This document shows, piece after piece, positions 17,698 through 27,137 of a stretch of 64,000 bases of DNA. The notes beneath the pieces were generated by a model, which worked only from the letters and a program-made list of their open reading frames with translations, had not been told where the DNA came from and made no database searches. Each line of letters begins with the position of its first letter. Position 1 is the first letter of the stretch. Origin of the DNA: Sphaerobacteraceae bacterium (GTDB taxonomy: Bacteria; Chloroflexota; Chloroflexia; Thermomicrobiales; Thermomicrobiaceae); NCBI GenBank assembly GCA_007695115.1, contig REEK01000116.1:23944-87943 (forward strand), in the 5' to 3' direction. A program made the position numbers and the translations under genes.

Positions 17698-18837
17698 TCA
17701 TGAAGCCTTCGTTGCTCCGCCTGCCGACGGATTGACGGGAGTTCGAGAAATTCCCCTTCGCAACAGGCTGCGTGCTTCAATCGTTCTGTCCACCAGACCG
17801 ACGATTCTTCCGTCTCGTTCACGAACAATCACCGCCGATTCTGGTTCTTGCTGAAGCGTTGCCAGGACCTCGAGCAAGGTGGCACCCGCAGGTGATTCGA
17901 CAAGCTTCTCGAATGGGACGGCCAGATCAGCGGCGGTCATCGATGACCACTCGACTCGAGGGATGTCCTCAAAGGCCGATAGATCGAGCATCCCGATGTA
18001 TCTTGTTCTGTCACGCACGAGAGCGGGGCCGTTGTCACGTTGCTCTAGCAGAATATCCAGTGCATCCGGGATCGTTGCTGCGGCCCGGATCGTCGGATTC
18101 AGCCCGGCCAGGGCGTCAGCGGCCACAACGTGTCTGGCTCGCTTTATCAGCGTGGTCCGCATCAATTCCTGACGCCCGCATGTGATGATGTATATCGCAA
18201 GAAAGAGGCCCCACGCCGCCACCACCAGAAGATGGCTGTGCCATAGCAACAAGTAGCCTGAGAAGAGGAGCAGTCCAGAAGCGGTAATCTGGCTGTAAAG
18301 AAACGCGGCTCTCGAACCGGCCAGTACATCCTGGTTCAGGAACCAGAAGATATCCCGCAACGCGTAGCCACCAACTCCTGGAAGAGATGGCAGGAGCTGG
18401 GCGACTGAATAGGTGCCCACCGCGAGGCCGGGAATCCAGACAAGACCGGGATCTTGCCATCCCGTCGAAATAGCGGCCGGAATCAACATCAACGATGCGA
18501 CGATGCTCAGTATGAGCACCGTGACCAGCGCGTGACGGAGATCGTGTCCAGGATCCGATTGATCGACATAACTCTGGTTGAGACGCCCGAGTGGCCCGAT
18601 CGAGTATTGACCAGACTGCCCTTGTTCCGGAGGAATGGATCGCTGGATGATCTCACAGATCGTGATAGGAAGCAGCAGCCAGAGGGGACCGGACAGGGAA
18701 AGGGCTATCGCCGCGCTCGTCGACGTCTCGGGTGAAACGGTTGCGATATATTGCCAAAGGGCAGGGATGGAGAGAATCAGAGCGGGACCAAGCCAGTAGA
18801 GATCGAGCGTTGCGCGCTGATCCCGTAAGAATGGCAT
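17698..18837 (-). CDS. M50 (site-2 protease)-like polytopic membrane protein with a C-terminal CBS pair; catalytic motifs degenerate
   Basis: 379 aa. Multi-TM N-terminal half contains LLPSLPGVGGYALRDIFW, resembling the M50 NLLPxxPLDGGRxLR motif. No HExxH anywhere (closest are CEIIQ at aa 61-65 and HDLRH at aa 98-102). The C-terminal ~130 aa look like a tandem CBS pair. Confidence 0.6.
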   Translation of the reverse strand: MPFLRDQRATLDLYWLGPALILSIPALWQYIATVSPETSTSAAIALSLSGPLWLLLPITICEIIQRSIPPEQGQSGQYSIGPLGRLNQSYVDQSDPGHDLRHALVTVLILSIVASLMLIPAAISTGWQDPGLVWIPGLAVGTYSVAQLLPSLPGVGGYALRDIFWFLNQDVLAGSRAAFLYSQITASGLLLFSGYLLLWHSHLLVVAAWGLFLAIYIITCGRQELMRTTLIKRARHVVAADALAGLNPTIRAAATIPDALDILLEQRDNGPALVRDRTRYIGMLDLSAFEDIPRVEWSSMTAADLAVPFEKLVESPAGATLLEVLATLQQEPESAVIVRERDGRIVGLVDRTIEARSLLRRGISRTPVNPSAGGATKAS

Positions 18838-18927
18838 CGGTCCCGGACCGTTCAGTGTGTGATTCGACTCCCGGCCAGTGTTCCCGGATATCCTGGTGAA
18901 TCGGATAAACGTGTCAGCCGGGATACT

Positions 18928-19212
18928 CTACAAGCGCTGGTAGTCCTCGAGATCGAGGACGAAGACGGTGGCCGCGGCGGTTTGCACTTCGCCGGCCTGC
19001 TCCTGTTGAGCACGTGCGTGAGCGCGGTCACGTATCAGATCGAGGACCTGATCAACCTGCTCGTCTGGTACACCAATCATGATGGTGGTGTTGCCGCGCC
19101 GAAGAAATCCACCGGTACTGGCGAGCCGGGTGGCCCGGAACTCGTACTCCAGCAGTGCGTCGATGACATTATCGGCGTCGTCGTTCTGAACGACTGCAAC
19201 AATCAGTTTCAT
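18928..19212 (-). CDS. darA: PII-like cyclic-di-AMP receptor (DarA/YaaQ family)
   Basis: 94 aa from ATG 19212 (AGAGGA RBS). MKLIVAVVQ...FRATRLASTGGFLRRGNTTIMIGV...ATVFVL is closely colinear with B. subtilis YaaQ/DarA as I recall it. The longer ORF start at 19257 was rejected. Confidence 0.85.
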   Translation of the reverse strand: MKLIVAVVQNDDADNVIDALLEYEFRATRLASTGGFLRRGNTTIMIGVPDEQVDQVLDLIRDRAHARAQQEQAGEVQTAAATVFVLDLEDYQRL

Positions 19213-19281
19213 CTGGTCCTCTTTCTCCCCGCAGAAATGGGCGTTCCGCGAAGGCATTATAAGTGGCCTGTGAAGGGATCG

Positions 19282-19707
19282 TCAACGGACAGAATCAAGG
19301 AAGCTTTGCAGGATGAGCGAGGCGGCCACTGCGTCAACATACTCTTTGCGGCTCTTGCGAGACCGGTGACCGGACTCCTGCAATGCCATATCCGCCGCAA
19401 AGGTGGTCAATCGCTCGTCCCAGTAGGTAATGGGCAGGTCGATCTTCTCGGCTACCTCGCCTGCAAACAGGCGAACAGCATCGGCCTGAGGGCCTTCATG
19501 GCCACTCATCCCGGTCGGCATACCGATAATGATCTCCACCGGTTCATACTGACGTATTGCCGCGATCAGCCCATCGAGGCCTTCCCGCTTGAGGTCGATG
19601 GTTCTGACCGGGCTCGCCACCATGCCGAGCTCGTCACTGACCGCCAGTCCAATTCGCCGGCCGCCAGCGTCGAGCGCGACACGCCTACCGGGAAGCTGTT
19701 TGCTCAC
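19282..19707 (-). CDS. ruvX: Holliday-junction-resolvase-like pre-16S rRNA nuclease RuvX/YqgF
   Basis: 141 aa. VALDAGGRRIGLAVSD and DERLTT blocks are typical of YqgF. Confidence 0.9.
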   Translation of the reverse strand: MSKQLPGRRVALDAGGRRIGLAVSDELGMVASPVRTIDLKREGLDGLIAAIRQYEPVEIIIGMPTGMSGHEGPQADAVRLFAGEVAEKIDLPITYWDERLTTFAADMALQESGHRSRKSRKEYVDAVAASLILQSFLDSVR

Positions 19708-21616
19708 TGCTGCTCACATGAATTTCGATTCGGGATGAAATCTCCGGCATTCGGTCCAGAAGCCAGTTCGGCTCGATCGAGATCTCGTGACGATCGATCT
19801 TTGGATGCTGGCGAAGTATTGCTTCTGCTTCTTCTCGACTGATGCCGGTTACATCTTCGAGGAGTTGCTCTTTTTCGGCTTCGGTAATCACTGTTCTGGC
19901 GATCGCTTCGACGTTGATCTGAAATGCCGGTTCGCCATTGCCAAGGTCAGTCGGTTCCTTCAGCGTGACTGTCTCGGCCAGAAGGATACGGTCACTGCCG
20001 CCCTGTCTGGCGAGCTGTCTGTCCGCCTCGTCACCGGCCAGGTCGTGCAGCTCTGTCGGATCGTAGACATAGGCCTCGACGGTCATCGATCCGGAGGCCG
20101 ACACTTGCTGACCGTCTTCGCCGGCACTTCCAGACACTTCTATCTCTGGATCGCCGATGTCCAGGGTCCCCGGTACGATCTCGAATCCCTCCGGTATCTC
20201 CGAATCAAACTCTTCGCGAGCTTGTTCGTCCAGCTCGCTGGCAACGGATTCGCGCACGGCCTCAACATCATCCTCGGTTAGCACGGAGTAGCGCTCCGTC
20301 CGCCCGCCCGAGATTCCCTCCGGATTCGTGTAGAACATCTGAGTGCCGAGTTGCCCGGTGAGAAGCCCAGCTTCGATGTTTCCGTCTGGGCCAACAACCC
20401 CTGCGTAGACCCCGACATTGCCGACGCCAAATGACATGGATCCATAAGGATCTGCCGCTGGGAGTCGAACATCTTCAGCGGTGTAGTACATCACACCCTG
20501 TGGCCCGGGGATTTCGGTCCCCGCTGGTACGGTGACTTCATGCGTCAACGGATTCGTGATCTGAATCGTTCCACCAGCGGTTCCGACGGCCTCAAAGCGT
20601 TCGCCGGTCGCCTCGCGTTGCGCCTGCGCCGTGGTCGTCGTGGTCACCAGGTCTGGATCAATGGTGACATCGAAGGTGGTGGACGCCGACGCTACTCCGT
20701 AGGTCAGCGTGGACGAGATCGATTCCTCCTGGGGAACGATCGTCACGGTTGCGGTTGGCAACGTGTAGATTGCCAGCCCGCCAACGAGCCCGAGCACGAG
20801 GATCGGCGCGAGAATCGCCGCCGAAATCTTCAACACTCCACGGTTCCATTTCCACTTCTGTCGAGGTGGGGGTGCGCCTCCGCCGGCGGCAGCCGTCGCG
20901 AATGGTGCGGACTGTCGTTGATCTCCGGACGGCACTCTTCCAATCGGTGTTGGAAGTTGAGCCACTCGTTCGGAGGCACGAGGTTTCGGAGAGTTGGCCC
21001 GGGTTGTCTTTCGAGCCTCCTGAGCGCGAACGCCCTCTATCGCAGTTGGCTGAAGCGCTTCCGGAAGCAGGGGGCCAAAGATGGCGGTCGGAGACTCAGA
21101 CGGTGGCTCCGATTCCGGCTCGGCTCCTGAATCTCCAGAGGCAAGCTGGCCATTATCGCTGGCGCTCTGGTCTGCCGGGAGCGGTCGATAGGTTGCGATA
21201 TCTGAGGTGTCCTGGAACTTGTCCGTCACCGGAACGAGAACCGTCGGTTGTTCATTCTCTTCTATTGTCGGCGTAGCTGAAATGACCGACGTTGGAGCCT
21301 CTGACGTTGTCCGCAGCGACGATGTCGTCTGCTGGTGGACAACCGGACCGTCGGTGACGACTGCCATATCCTGAAATCCGAGTCGGACTGCTCGCTCAGC
21401 GAGATGTCCGCTGCTGCGCTCGACAATTAACCGGCTGTTAGTGGTTCGACTGGCTGCAACCAGACGGGCAATCTCCAGATCTGTAGGAGCCCATTCCGCG
21501 GATGGGTGAAATCCGACGACCACAGTGGAGGCATCGACAACCCCGAGATCACTTACCAGCTTCCTGAGATCTGCCGGGCTGGCCAGTTCATAGTGAATTG
21601 TCGGATTTACAGCCAT
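19685..21616 (-). CDS. Hypothetical single-pass membrane protein (small cytoplasmic domain, P/S/T/E-rich linker, TM helix, large beta-rich ectodomain)
   Basis: 643 aa from ATG 21616 (GGAG 8-9 nt upstream); the ORF-track start at 21697 would overlap alaS. TM helix ISAAILAPILVLGLVGGLAIYTL. The ectodomain block GTAGGTIQITNP...VPAGTEI... loosely recalls proteins annotated as baseplate-J-like in Chloroflexota and the candidate phyla radiation (CPR). This is tentative. Confidence 0.6.
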   Translation of the reverse strand: MAVNPTIHYELASPADLRKLVSDLGVVDASTVVVGFHPSAEWAPTDLEIARLVAASRTTNSRLIVERSSGHLAERAVRLGFQDMAVVTDGPVVHQQTTSSLRTTSEAPTSVISATPTIEENEQPTVLVPVTDKFQDTSDIATYRPLPADQSASDNGQLASGDSGAEPESEPPSESPTAIFGPLLPEALQPTAIEGVRAQEARKTTRANSPKPRASERVAQLPTPIGRVPSGDQRQSAPFATAAAGGGAPPPRQKWKWNRGVLKISAAILAPILVLGLVGGLAIYTLPTATVTIVPQEESISSTLTYGVASASTTFDVTIDPDLVTTTTTAQAQREATGERFEAVGTAGGTIQITNPLTHEVTVPAGTEIPGPQGVMYYTAEDVRLPAADPYGSMSFGVGNVGVYAGVVGPDGNIEAGLLTGQLGTQMFYTNPEGISGGRTERYSVLTEDDVEAVRESVASELDEQAREEFDSEIPEGFEIVPGTLDIGDPEIEVSGSAGEDGQQVSASGSMTVEAYVYDPTELHDLAGDEADRQLARQGGSDRILLAETVTLKEPTDLGNGEPAFQINVEAIARTVITEAEKEQLLEDVTGISREEAEAILRQHPKIDRHEISIEPNWLLDRMPEISSRIEIHVSSSEQTASR

Positions 21617-21665
21617 AGCTTCTGCTCCAGATCGCCGTGAAAATGTTAGTGTGATCGTGAGTTGG

Positions 21666-24308
21666 TCATGACCCTGAAAGTTGCTGGCGAACAGCATTCT
21701 GCGCCGCGCCTACCGCATCGGAAATCTTTGATGCGTCGGTTCCTCCGCCTTGCGCCATCTCCGGGCGACCGCCGCCTTTGCCGCCAACGTGGCTGGCGAT
21801 CTCGCCGATCAGCTTTCCAGCATGAACGCCTCGCTCGACAAGATCTTTGGTGACGATGGCCAGCAGCGCCGGGCGATCGTCGATGTCTGCACCGAGAACG
21901 ATCACCGCAGAGCCGAGCTTGTCACGGCATCGATCTGCCAGTTGCAACAGCACATCCCGGGATGGCACCGCGACGACTGCCGACACCAGGGTGACCCCGT
22001 CGATGTCGCTTGCCGCATCGACAATATCGTCGACCTGGCTGGCTGCCATCTGCACGCGCAGGCGCTCAATCTCTCGCTCATGTTCACGGATTCGCTGCTG
22101 AAGCGAGCGGGCCTGATCAACCAGTTGATCGACCGGAACATGCAAGTCTCGCTCGAGCGTTTCCACCGTTGTCTGCAAATGCAGTAGATAGTCGATCGCC
22201 GCGTCTCCGGTGACCGCCTCGATCCGGCGGACTCCGCTGGCCACGCTCGTCTCTTCCGTAATCACGAACGGACCGATCTCCCCAGTGCGATCGACATGGG
22301 TTCCGCCACACAACTCGCGGCTGTACCCATCAATCGAGATCATTCGGACTTCGTCGCCGTATTTTTCACCGAAGAGGGCCATCGCTCCGCGTGAGATCGC
22401 ATCGTCGTACGTCGTCACGTCAGAATTGACGCTGCTGTCGCGAATAATCTGAGTGGCAACCTGCTGCTGAATATCCCTGAGACGCTCCGATCCGACGGGT
22501 TCCAGGTTCGTGAAGTCGAATCGCAAACGATCCGGTGCCACGAGTGAACCAGCCTGCTGGGCGTGGTCGCCGAGGGTTGAACGCAACGCGGCGTGCAACA
22601 GGTGCGTCGCTGTGTGATTCCGCCGAATCTTCAACCGGCGTTCGGCGTCGACGCGAGCAAGAACGGTCGTTCCACGTTCCAGGAACCCATCCCGGACTTC
22701 GCCATAGTGAACGATGACACCGGGCATTGGGCGCTGGGTGTCGTGGACAATGAATGTTCCTGTGTCCGACGCGATCTCGCCGACATCACCGACCTGGCCA
22801 CCGGACTCCGCATAGAACGGGGTCTGGCTCAGCGCGATTGTGGCGGTCATTCCAGCAACTACCTGGTCTGACGCCGCATTCTCGGCGACGATCCCGGAGA
22901 TCGTTGCTGTGGCTTCATGGTGGTCATAGCCGACGAACTCGGTTTGAATGCCTGCGAACGTGCCTCGAATCGCCGTAATGTGCTGCTCGTCCTGTCGATC
23001 GCCCTGGCTGGCACCGGCCCGGCTCGACTGGCGTTGTCGCTCCATGGCTTTCTCGAACCCGGCGCGGTCGACGGTCAGATCGTGATCTGCCGCAAGCTCC
23101 TCGGTCAACTCGAGCGGGAATCCATAAGTATCGTAGAGCCGGAAGGCTTCTTCACCCGGAACGCGGGATTCCCCAGCCGTCTTCATCCGCTCCAGCACCG
23201 CCTCGAATCGATCGATGCCAGTGGCGAGCGTCTGACTGAAGTGCGCCTCTTCGTGATCGATGACCTTCTGGATGCGAGAGAGCTGGCCGGTGAGGTCCGG
23301 ATAGTGCTCGCCAAATTCGGCGGCGACTCTCCGGGCCACTGAGCTCAGGAACGGCTTCTCAAGCCCGAGCAGACGTCCGTGGCGAACTGCTCGACGGAGA
23401 ACGCGGCGCAGTACGTAGCTGCGTCCTTCGTTTCCCGGAAATACTCCGTCGGAGATCAGAAAAGTCACGGCGCGGGCGTGATCTGCGATGACTCGCAGGG
23501 ACATGTCGCCACGTTCCGACTCTCCGTAATTAACTCCGGTCAGCTCCGAGACATGCTGGATGATTGGCATGTAGAGATCGGTCTCGAAGACGGTTTCCGT
23601 GCCCTGGAGGATCGAGGCAATCCGTTCGAGACCCATACCGGTATCGATGTTCTTGCTCGGCAGGGGCCGCTGAGTGCCATCGGCTTCCTTGAAATACTCC
23701 ATGAAAACGAGGTTCCAGAACTCGAGGAATCGCCCGCAATCGCAGCCCGGGCCACATTCCTCTCGCCCGCAGCCGTATTGCTCTCCGCGATCGTAGAAAA
23801 TCTCGGAGTCTGGGCCGTTCGGGCCTGTTTCACCGACCGGTCCCCACCAGTTGTCCTCGTCACCGAGCTTCCTGATCTGCGAGACCGGGAGGCCTATCTC
23901 TGATTGCCAGAAATTCCATGAGAATTCATCGTCGTAGTGAACAGAAACGTGCAACCGATCAACCGGAATCTCGAAATGGTCAGTGATCAGTTCCCAGGCC
24001 CAGGTGATGGCTTCGGCTTTGAAGTAATCGCCAACGGAGAAATTTCCGAGCATTTCAAAGAACGTCAGATGGCTTTCGTCGCCGACCTCGTCGATGTCAA
24101 CGGTGCGAAAGCATTTCTGAATCGAAGTCATCCGGGACGCAGGCGCGGTTTCCAGCCCCAGAAAGTAGGGTGTCATCTGCTGCATTCCGGCCGTGGTAAG
24201 CAGCACGGTGGGATCGTTGAGTGGCACCAGAGACGAACTCGCCACATGGCGATGCTCGCGTTCTGCAAAGAATTCGATAAATCGTCGACGGATTTCCGCA
24301 CTGTTCAT
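21666..24308 (-). CDS. alaS: Alanine--tRNA ligase
   Basis: 880 aa. Class II AlaRS catalytic core, editing-domain motif HTATHLLH, and a C-terminal DHHA1-like domain. Confidence 0.97.
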   Translation of the reverse strand: MNSAEIRRRFIEFFAEREHRHVASSSLVPLNDPTVLLTTAGMQQMTPYFLGLETAPASRMTSIQKCFRTVDIDEVGDESHLTFFEMLGNFSVGDYFKAEAITWAWELITDHFEIPVDRLHVSVHYDDEFSWNFWQSEIGLPVSQIRKLGDEDNWWGPVGETGPNGPDSEIFYDRGEQYGCGREECGPGCDCGRFLEFWNLVFMEYFKEADGTQRPLPSKNIDTGMGLERIASILQGTETVFETDLYMPIIQHVSELTGVNYGESERGDMSLRVIADHARAVTFLISDGVFPGNEGRSYVLRRVLRRAVRHGRLLGLEKPFLSSVARRVAAEFGEHYPDLTGQLSRIQKVIDHEEAHFSQTLATGIDRFEAVLERMKTAGESRVPGEEAFRLYDTYGFPLELTEELAADHDLTVDRAGFEKAMERQRQSSRAGASQGDRQDEQHITAIRGTFAGIQTEFVGYDHHEATATISGIVAENAASDQVVAGMTATIALSQTPFYAESGGQVGDVGEIASDTGTFIVHDTQRPMPGVIVHYGEVRDGFLERGTTVLARVDAERRLKIRRNHTATHLLHAALRSTLGDHAQQAGSLVAPDRLRFDFTNLEPVGSERLRDIQQQVATQIIRDSSVNSDVTTYDDAISRGAMALFGEKYGDEVRMISIDGYSRELCGGTHVDRTGEIGPFVITEETSVASGVRRIEAVTGDAAIDYLLHLQTTVETLERDLHVPVDQLVDQARSLQQRIREHEREIERLRVQMAASQVDDIVDAASDIDGVTLVSAVVAVPSRDVLLQLADRCRDKLGSAVIVLGADIDDRPALLAIVTKDLVERGVHAGKLIGEIASHVGGKGGGRPEMAQGGGTDASKISDAVGAAQNAVRQQLSGS

Positions 24309-24404
24309 TCGTGATTTCCCCCGGTAGTGGCGCCGAATTGCGGCCTACGATTGTACGGCGCACTGCGCGCTCGCATCCAGACCCGGCACCGAATGTGTAC
24401 GTTC

Positions 24405-24433
24405 AGTATCCCAATGTCGTGACAAACTGTCAA
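24405..24433 (-). promoter_or_regulatory. Candidate sigma-70 promoter of alaS
   Basis: Minus strand reads TTGACA - 17 nt - GATACT, about 97 nt upstream of the alaS ATG. Confidence 0.5.
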
Positions 24434-24639
24434 TAGCACATGCATTCTGCACCGTTTGCGGCTGACTCAGTACACTAATATGAAAGATGCTGGATCCATC
24501 GTTCTGACACTCCGGCCACTTCAGGTCAGGTAGCTACTGCACGTGATCCCAATCCTCCAGATGAACGCTCGCCCGGTATGTTCGTCTGCAATCGCGCCGG
24601 CAACTACCTGACTTATTCGCACATGGTCGATGGAGATCA

Positions 24640-26370
24640 ATGGCAGACGCAAGCTTGCTAATCGATCTGTTGCTCGTCCTGAGCGTTGCGTTCCTGCTCG
24701 GAACGTTTATGCAGCGCATCGGACAGCCAGTGGTACTGGGGTACCTGATTGCCGGTCTCGTCCTGGGGCCGGGACTGCCTGGACCGGTGGTCGACCCGGT
24801 TGGCGTTGACTTGCTGGCCAACATCGGCGTTACCTTGCTGATGTTTTCTCTCGGAGTGCAGTTCTCGTTTCGCGATCTGATGGACCTGCGACGAGTTGTG
24901 TCCATCGGTGGGGGAATCCAGGTCACGCTCACGATGACTGTCGGGCTTCTCGCGACGTACTTGCTCGGCTTCACCTTTGGCGAGGCTTTCCTACTCGGCG
25001 CGGTCGTTTCGATCACCAGCTCGACCGTTGCGCTCAAGTTGCTGCAACTTCGCGGTGAGCTCAATCAGCCGCACGCTCGCGCCACTCTTGGTGTTTCGCT
25101 GGCCCAGGACCTGGCAGTGATTCCCCTGATTGCACTGTTACCAGCATTTGCCGGGGGATCAGAGGAACAGGCTGCGATCAGCCTGATGCAATCTCTGGGA
25201 CTTGCCGCTCTGGTGATGGGAACACTCTGGTTTCTCGGGTTGAGACTGGTGCCATGGATTCTGTTCCGGGTTGCTCAGCTCGGTTCTCGAGAGTTGTTCC
25301 TGGTCACAATTGTCCTGATTGCCTTTGGGGTGGCCCTGTTTAGCGATATGGCGGGTCTCTCCCTTGCATTCGGCGCCTTTATAGCTGGAGTGGTGGTATC
25401 CGAGTCCGAATTCAGCCACCAGGTCCTCGGTGAGATCATCCCGTTGCGAGACATCTTCGCGATCGTTTTTTTTGCCTCGATTGGTTTGCTGTTCGACCCG
25501 GTTGGCCTGATCGATGACTGGACGCTGATCCTGGGGCTGCTGGTTCTGATCATTTTCGTGAAGACCCTGGCCGCCGGAGTAGCGATCAGGCTGCTTGGTT
25601 ATCCAGCGGTTACTGCTGCGACCGCGGCTATTTTGCTGGCTCAGATTGGCGAGTTCTCGTTCGTTCTGGCCGGACAGGCGATCGATCTGGACATCATCGA
25701 CGATCGCATCTACAACGCAATTCTGGCAGGGGCGATCGGATCGCTGCTGTTGAACCCGGTGATGCTGAGATTTACCGACCCACTCGCGCGAATCCTTGCC
25801 TGCATCCCCACCACCGCGGCGGCGAGCGATACCGAGGAAGAACTCGATGTCGAGGAGATCGACAGTCAACTGCTGCGTAATCACACAATTATCGCCGGTT
25901 ATGGGCGCGCCGGTCGCGAACTCTCCCGTGCGCTGCAGCGCCGCGGACTTCGATTCGTAGTGATCGATCTTGACGCGGTTGCGGTCCGCGCACTGCGGGC
26001 TAATGGGATTCCCGCCATCTACGGGGATATTGCAAACGAGAATGTCCTGGAGGCTGCGGGAGTTGAGCAGGCACGAGTGCTGGCGGTGACGGTTCCAGAC
26101 CTCATTTCAGCCCAGCTGGCGATTCGACTTGCAAAGCGTGCCAACGAACAACTCGACGTGATCGCCAGAGTTCAGAGCTATGAACAGATCCAGCGACTTG
26201 ATGAAGCTGGTGCGACCGAGGTCGTTCAACCTGCGTTCGAAGTGGGACTCGAGTTCGTGCGCCACACGTTGCATCGCAGTGGCGTGAGCATGCGAGAGAT
26301 CCAGGCAATGGTATCGTCGCGACGACTCGACTACTACGATGTCGATCGAGTCGATGATGATCTTCCGTAG
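24640..26370 (+). CDS. CPA2-family cation:proton antiporter (Kef-type) with a C-terminal TrkA-N/RCK domain
   Basis: 576 aa. About 12 TM segments of Na_H-exchanger type, then the Rossmann motif IIAGYGRAGREL. Confidence 0.9.
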   Translation: MADASLLIDLLLVLSVAFLLGTFMQRIGQPVVLGYLIAGLVLGPGLPGPVVDPVGVDLLANIGVTLLMFSLGVQFSFRDLMDLRRVVSIGGGIQVTLTMTVGLLATYLLGFTFGEAFLLGAVVSITSSTVALKLLQLRGELNQPHARATLGVSLAQDLAVIPLIALLPAFAGGSEEQAAISLMQSLGLAALVMGTLWFLGLRLVPWILFRVAQLGSRELFLVTIVLIAFGVALFSDMAGLSLAFGAFIAGVVVSESEFSHQVLGEIIPLRDIFAIVFFASIGLLFDPVGLIDDWTLILGLLVLIIFVKTLAAGVAIRLLGYPAVTAATAAILLAQIGEFSFVLAGQAIDLDIIDDRIYNAILAGAIGSLLLNPVMLRFTDPLARILACIPTTAAASDTEEELDVEEIDSQLLRNHTIIAGYGRAGRELSRALQRRGLRFVVIDLDAVAVRALRANGIPAIYGDIANENVLEAAGVEQARVLAVTVPDLISAQLAIRLAKRANEQLDVIARVQSYEQIQRLDEAGATEVVQPAFEVGLEFVRHTLHRSGVSMREIQAMVSSRRLDYYDVDRVDDDLP

Positions 26371-26518
26371 CCCCGTTCTTATTGCCGTCGACCGGTAGAG
26401 CGGCGACCCGTTCGGCTTCGCTCAGGGCTGGTTCTGCTGCTCGACTGCCGGCCGGTGAACCCTTCTCCAAATGAGTCACGTCGTTGATTCGGACCATCAC
26501 AGCGAAGCGCAAGAACAC

Positions 26519-26548
26519 AAAAACGCGCAGCACTGTGGGTGCTACGCG
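26519..26548 (-). terminator. Rho-independent terminator downstream of tRNA-His
   Basis: Minus strand reads CGCGTAGCAC-CCACA-GTGCTGCGCG (10-bp stem) followed by TTTTTGTG, 10 nt after the tRNA-His 3' end. Confidence 0.75.
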
Positions 26549-26558
26549 TCGTCTTGAG

Positions 26559-26632
26559 GGTGCCCGGCGGGGCTCGAACCCGCAACCCCTGGTTCCACAG
26601 ACCAGTGCTCTGCCAATTGAGCTACGGGCACC
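26559..26632 (-). tRNA. tRNA-His (anticodon GTG) with encoded G-1, no encoded CCA
   Basis: G(-1) + acceptor GTGCCCG/CGGGCAC, D stem GCTC/GAGC, anticodon stem CTGGT/ACCAG with loop CTGTGGA, T arm GCGGG-TTCGAGC-CCCGC, discriminator C. 74 nt. Confidence 0.93.
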
Positions 26633-26719
26633 ATACAAAATTGTGTCAGCGCTGCTTGCGCCGCGACCTAGTGTATCAGAGTCGATAATCAGCGTGCCAC
26701 ACCTTTTTCGTGTGAGGGT

Positions 26720-27101
26720 GGCTGAGCAATGGCGGGCGAGTAAGCCGAGTTCTGTTCTCTGCGGCCATCTATCTCGGAACAAGCCATCTCGGCCTGGTCC
26801 GGTCGTTGAGTCACCCCAACGACTGCTCTCACCTCGGACCTCGGCGAGCAACCTGCAAGCGGTCCGATCGTAGATTGCTGCGGGGGAGGATTGCCCTTTT
26901 CACCCCGGATCCGGAAAACCGGTCCGGTACTGGTCTCTGTTGCTCTCACACCAGATCTCTTCAGATCTGATGTGCCAATCTGGACTGTCAACGTCCACCG
27001 ACAGACGTTTCCCCGGGATTTCCCCGGGCACCCCTGCTCTGTGCAGCTCGGACTTTCCTCTGGCCGGATTCGGCCAGCGACCGCTCTGCCCGCCATTACT
27101 C
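26720..27101 (-). ncRNA. rnpB: RNase P RNA, bacterial type A
   Basis: Minus strand carries the universal P4 halves GAGGAAAGTCCGAGC (about 27035-27055) and ACAGAACTCGGCTTA (about 26741-26755). Also present are AGCAACAGAGA and GGGGTGAAAAGGG blocks. P1 forms between GAGTAATGGCGGGC (5') and GCCCGCCATTGCTC (3'). Ends are good to +/- a few nt. Confidence 0.9.
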
Positions 27102-27104
27102 AAA

Positions 27105-27129
27105 CAGGGATCAGCATTGCTGATCCCTG
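27105..27129 (-). other. 11-bp perfect stem-loop between tRNA-Leu and rnpB (processing or weak termination hairpin)
   Basis: CAGGGATCAGC-AAT-GCTGATCCCTG on the minus strand, followed by TTT and then directly the first P1 nucleotide of rnpB. It lies 8 nt after the tRNA-Leu 3' end. Confidence 0.6.
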
Positions 27130-27137
27130 GTCGGCGG

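Noticed and set aside
18859-19842. 327-aa plus-strand ORF
   Set aside because: It lies antisense to darA and ruvX, which have clear family signatures. It is Arg/Gly/Leu-rich and low-complexity, and is a typical shadow ORF of GC-rich DNA.
24309-24404. T-box leader for alaS
   Set aside because: The leader from the predicted promoter is only ~100 nt and lacks the T-box sequence (..GGGUGGUACCGCG..), a specifier loop and the stem I features.
26102-26851. 249-aa minus-strand ORF, plus 26484-26873 on the plus strand
   Set aside because: They run across tRNA-His and the 3' half of RNase P RNA. The RNA genes explain the region.
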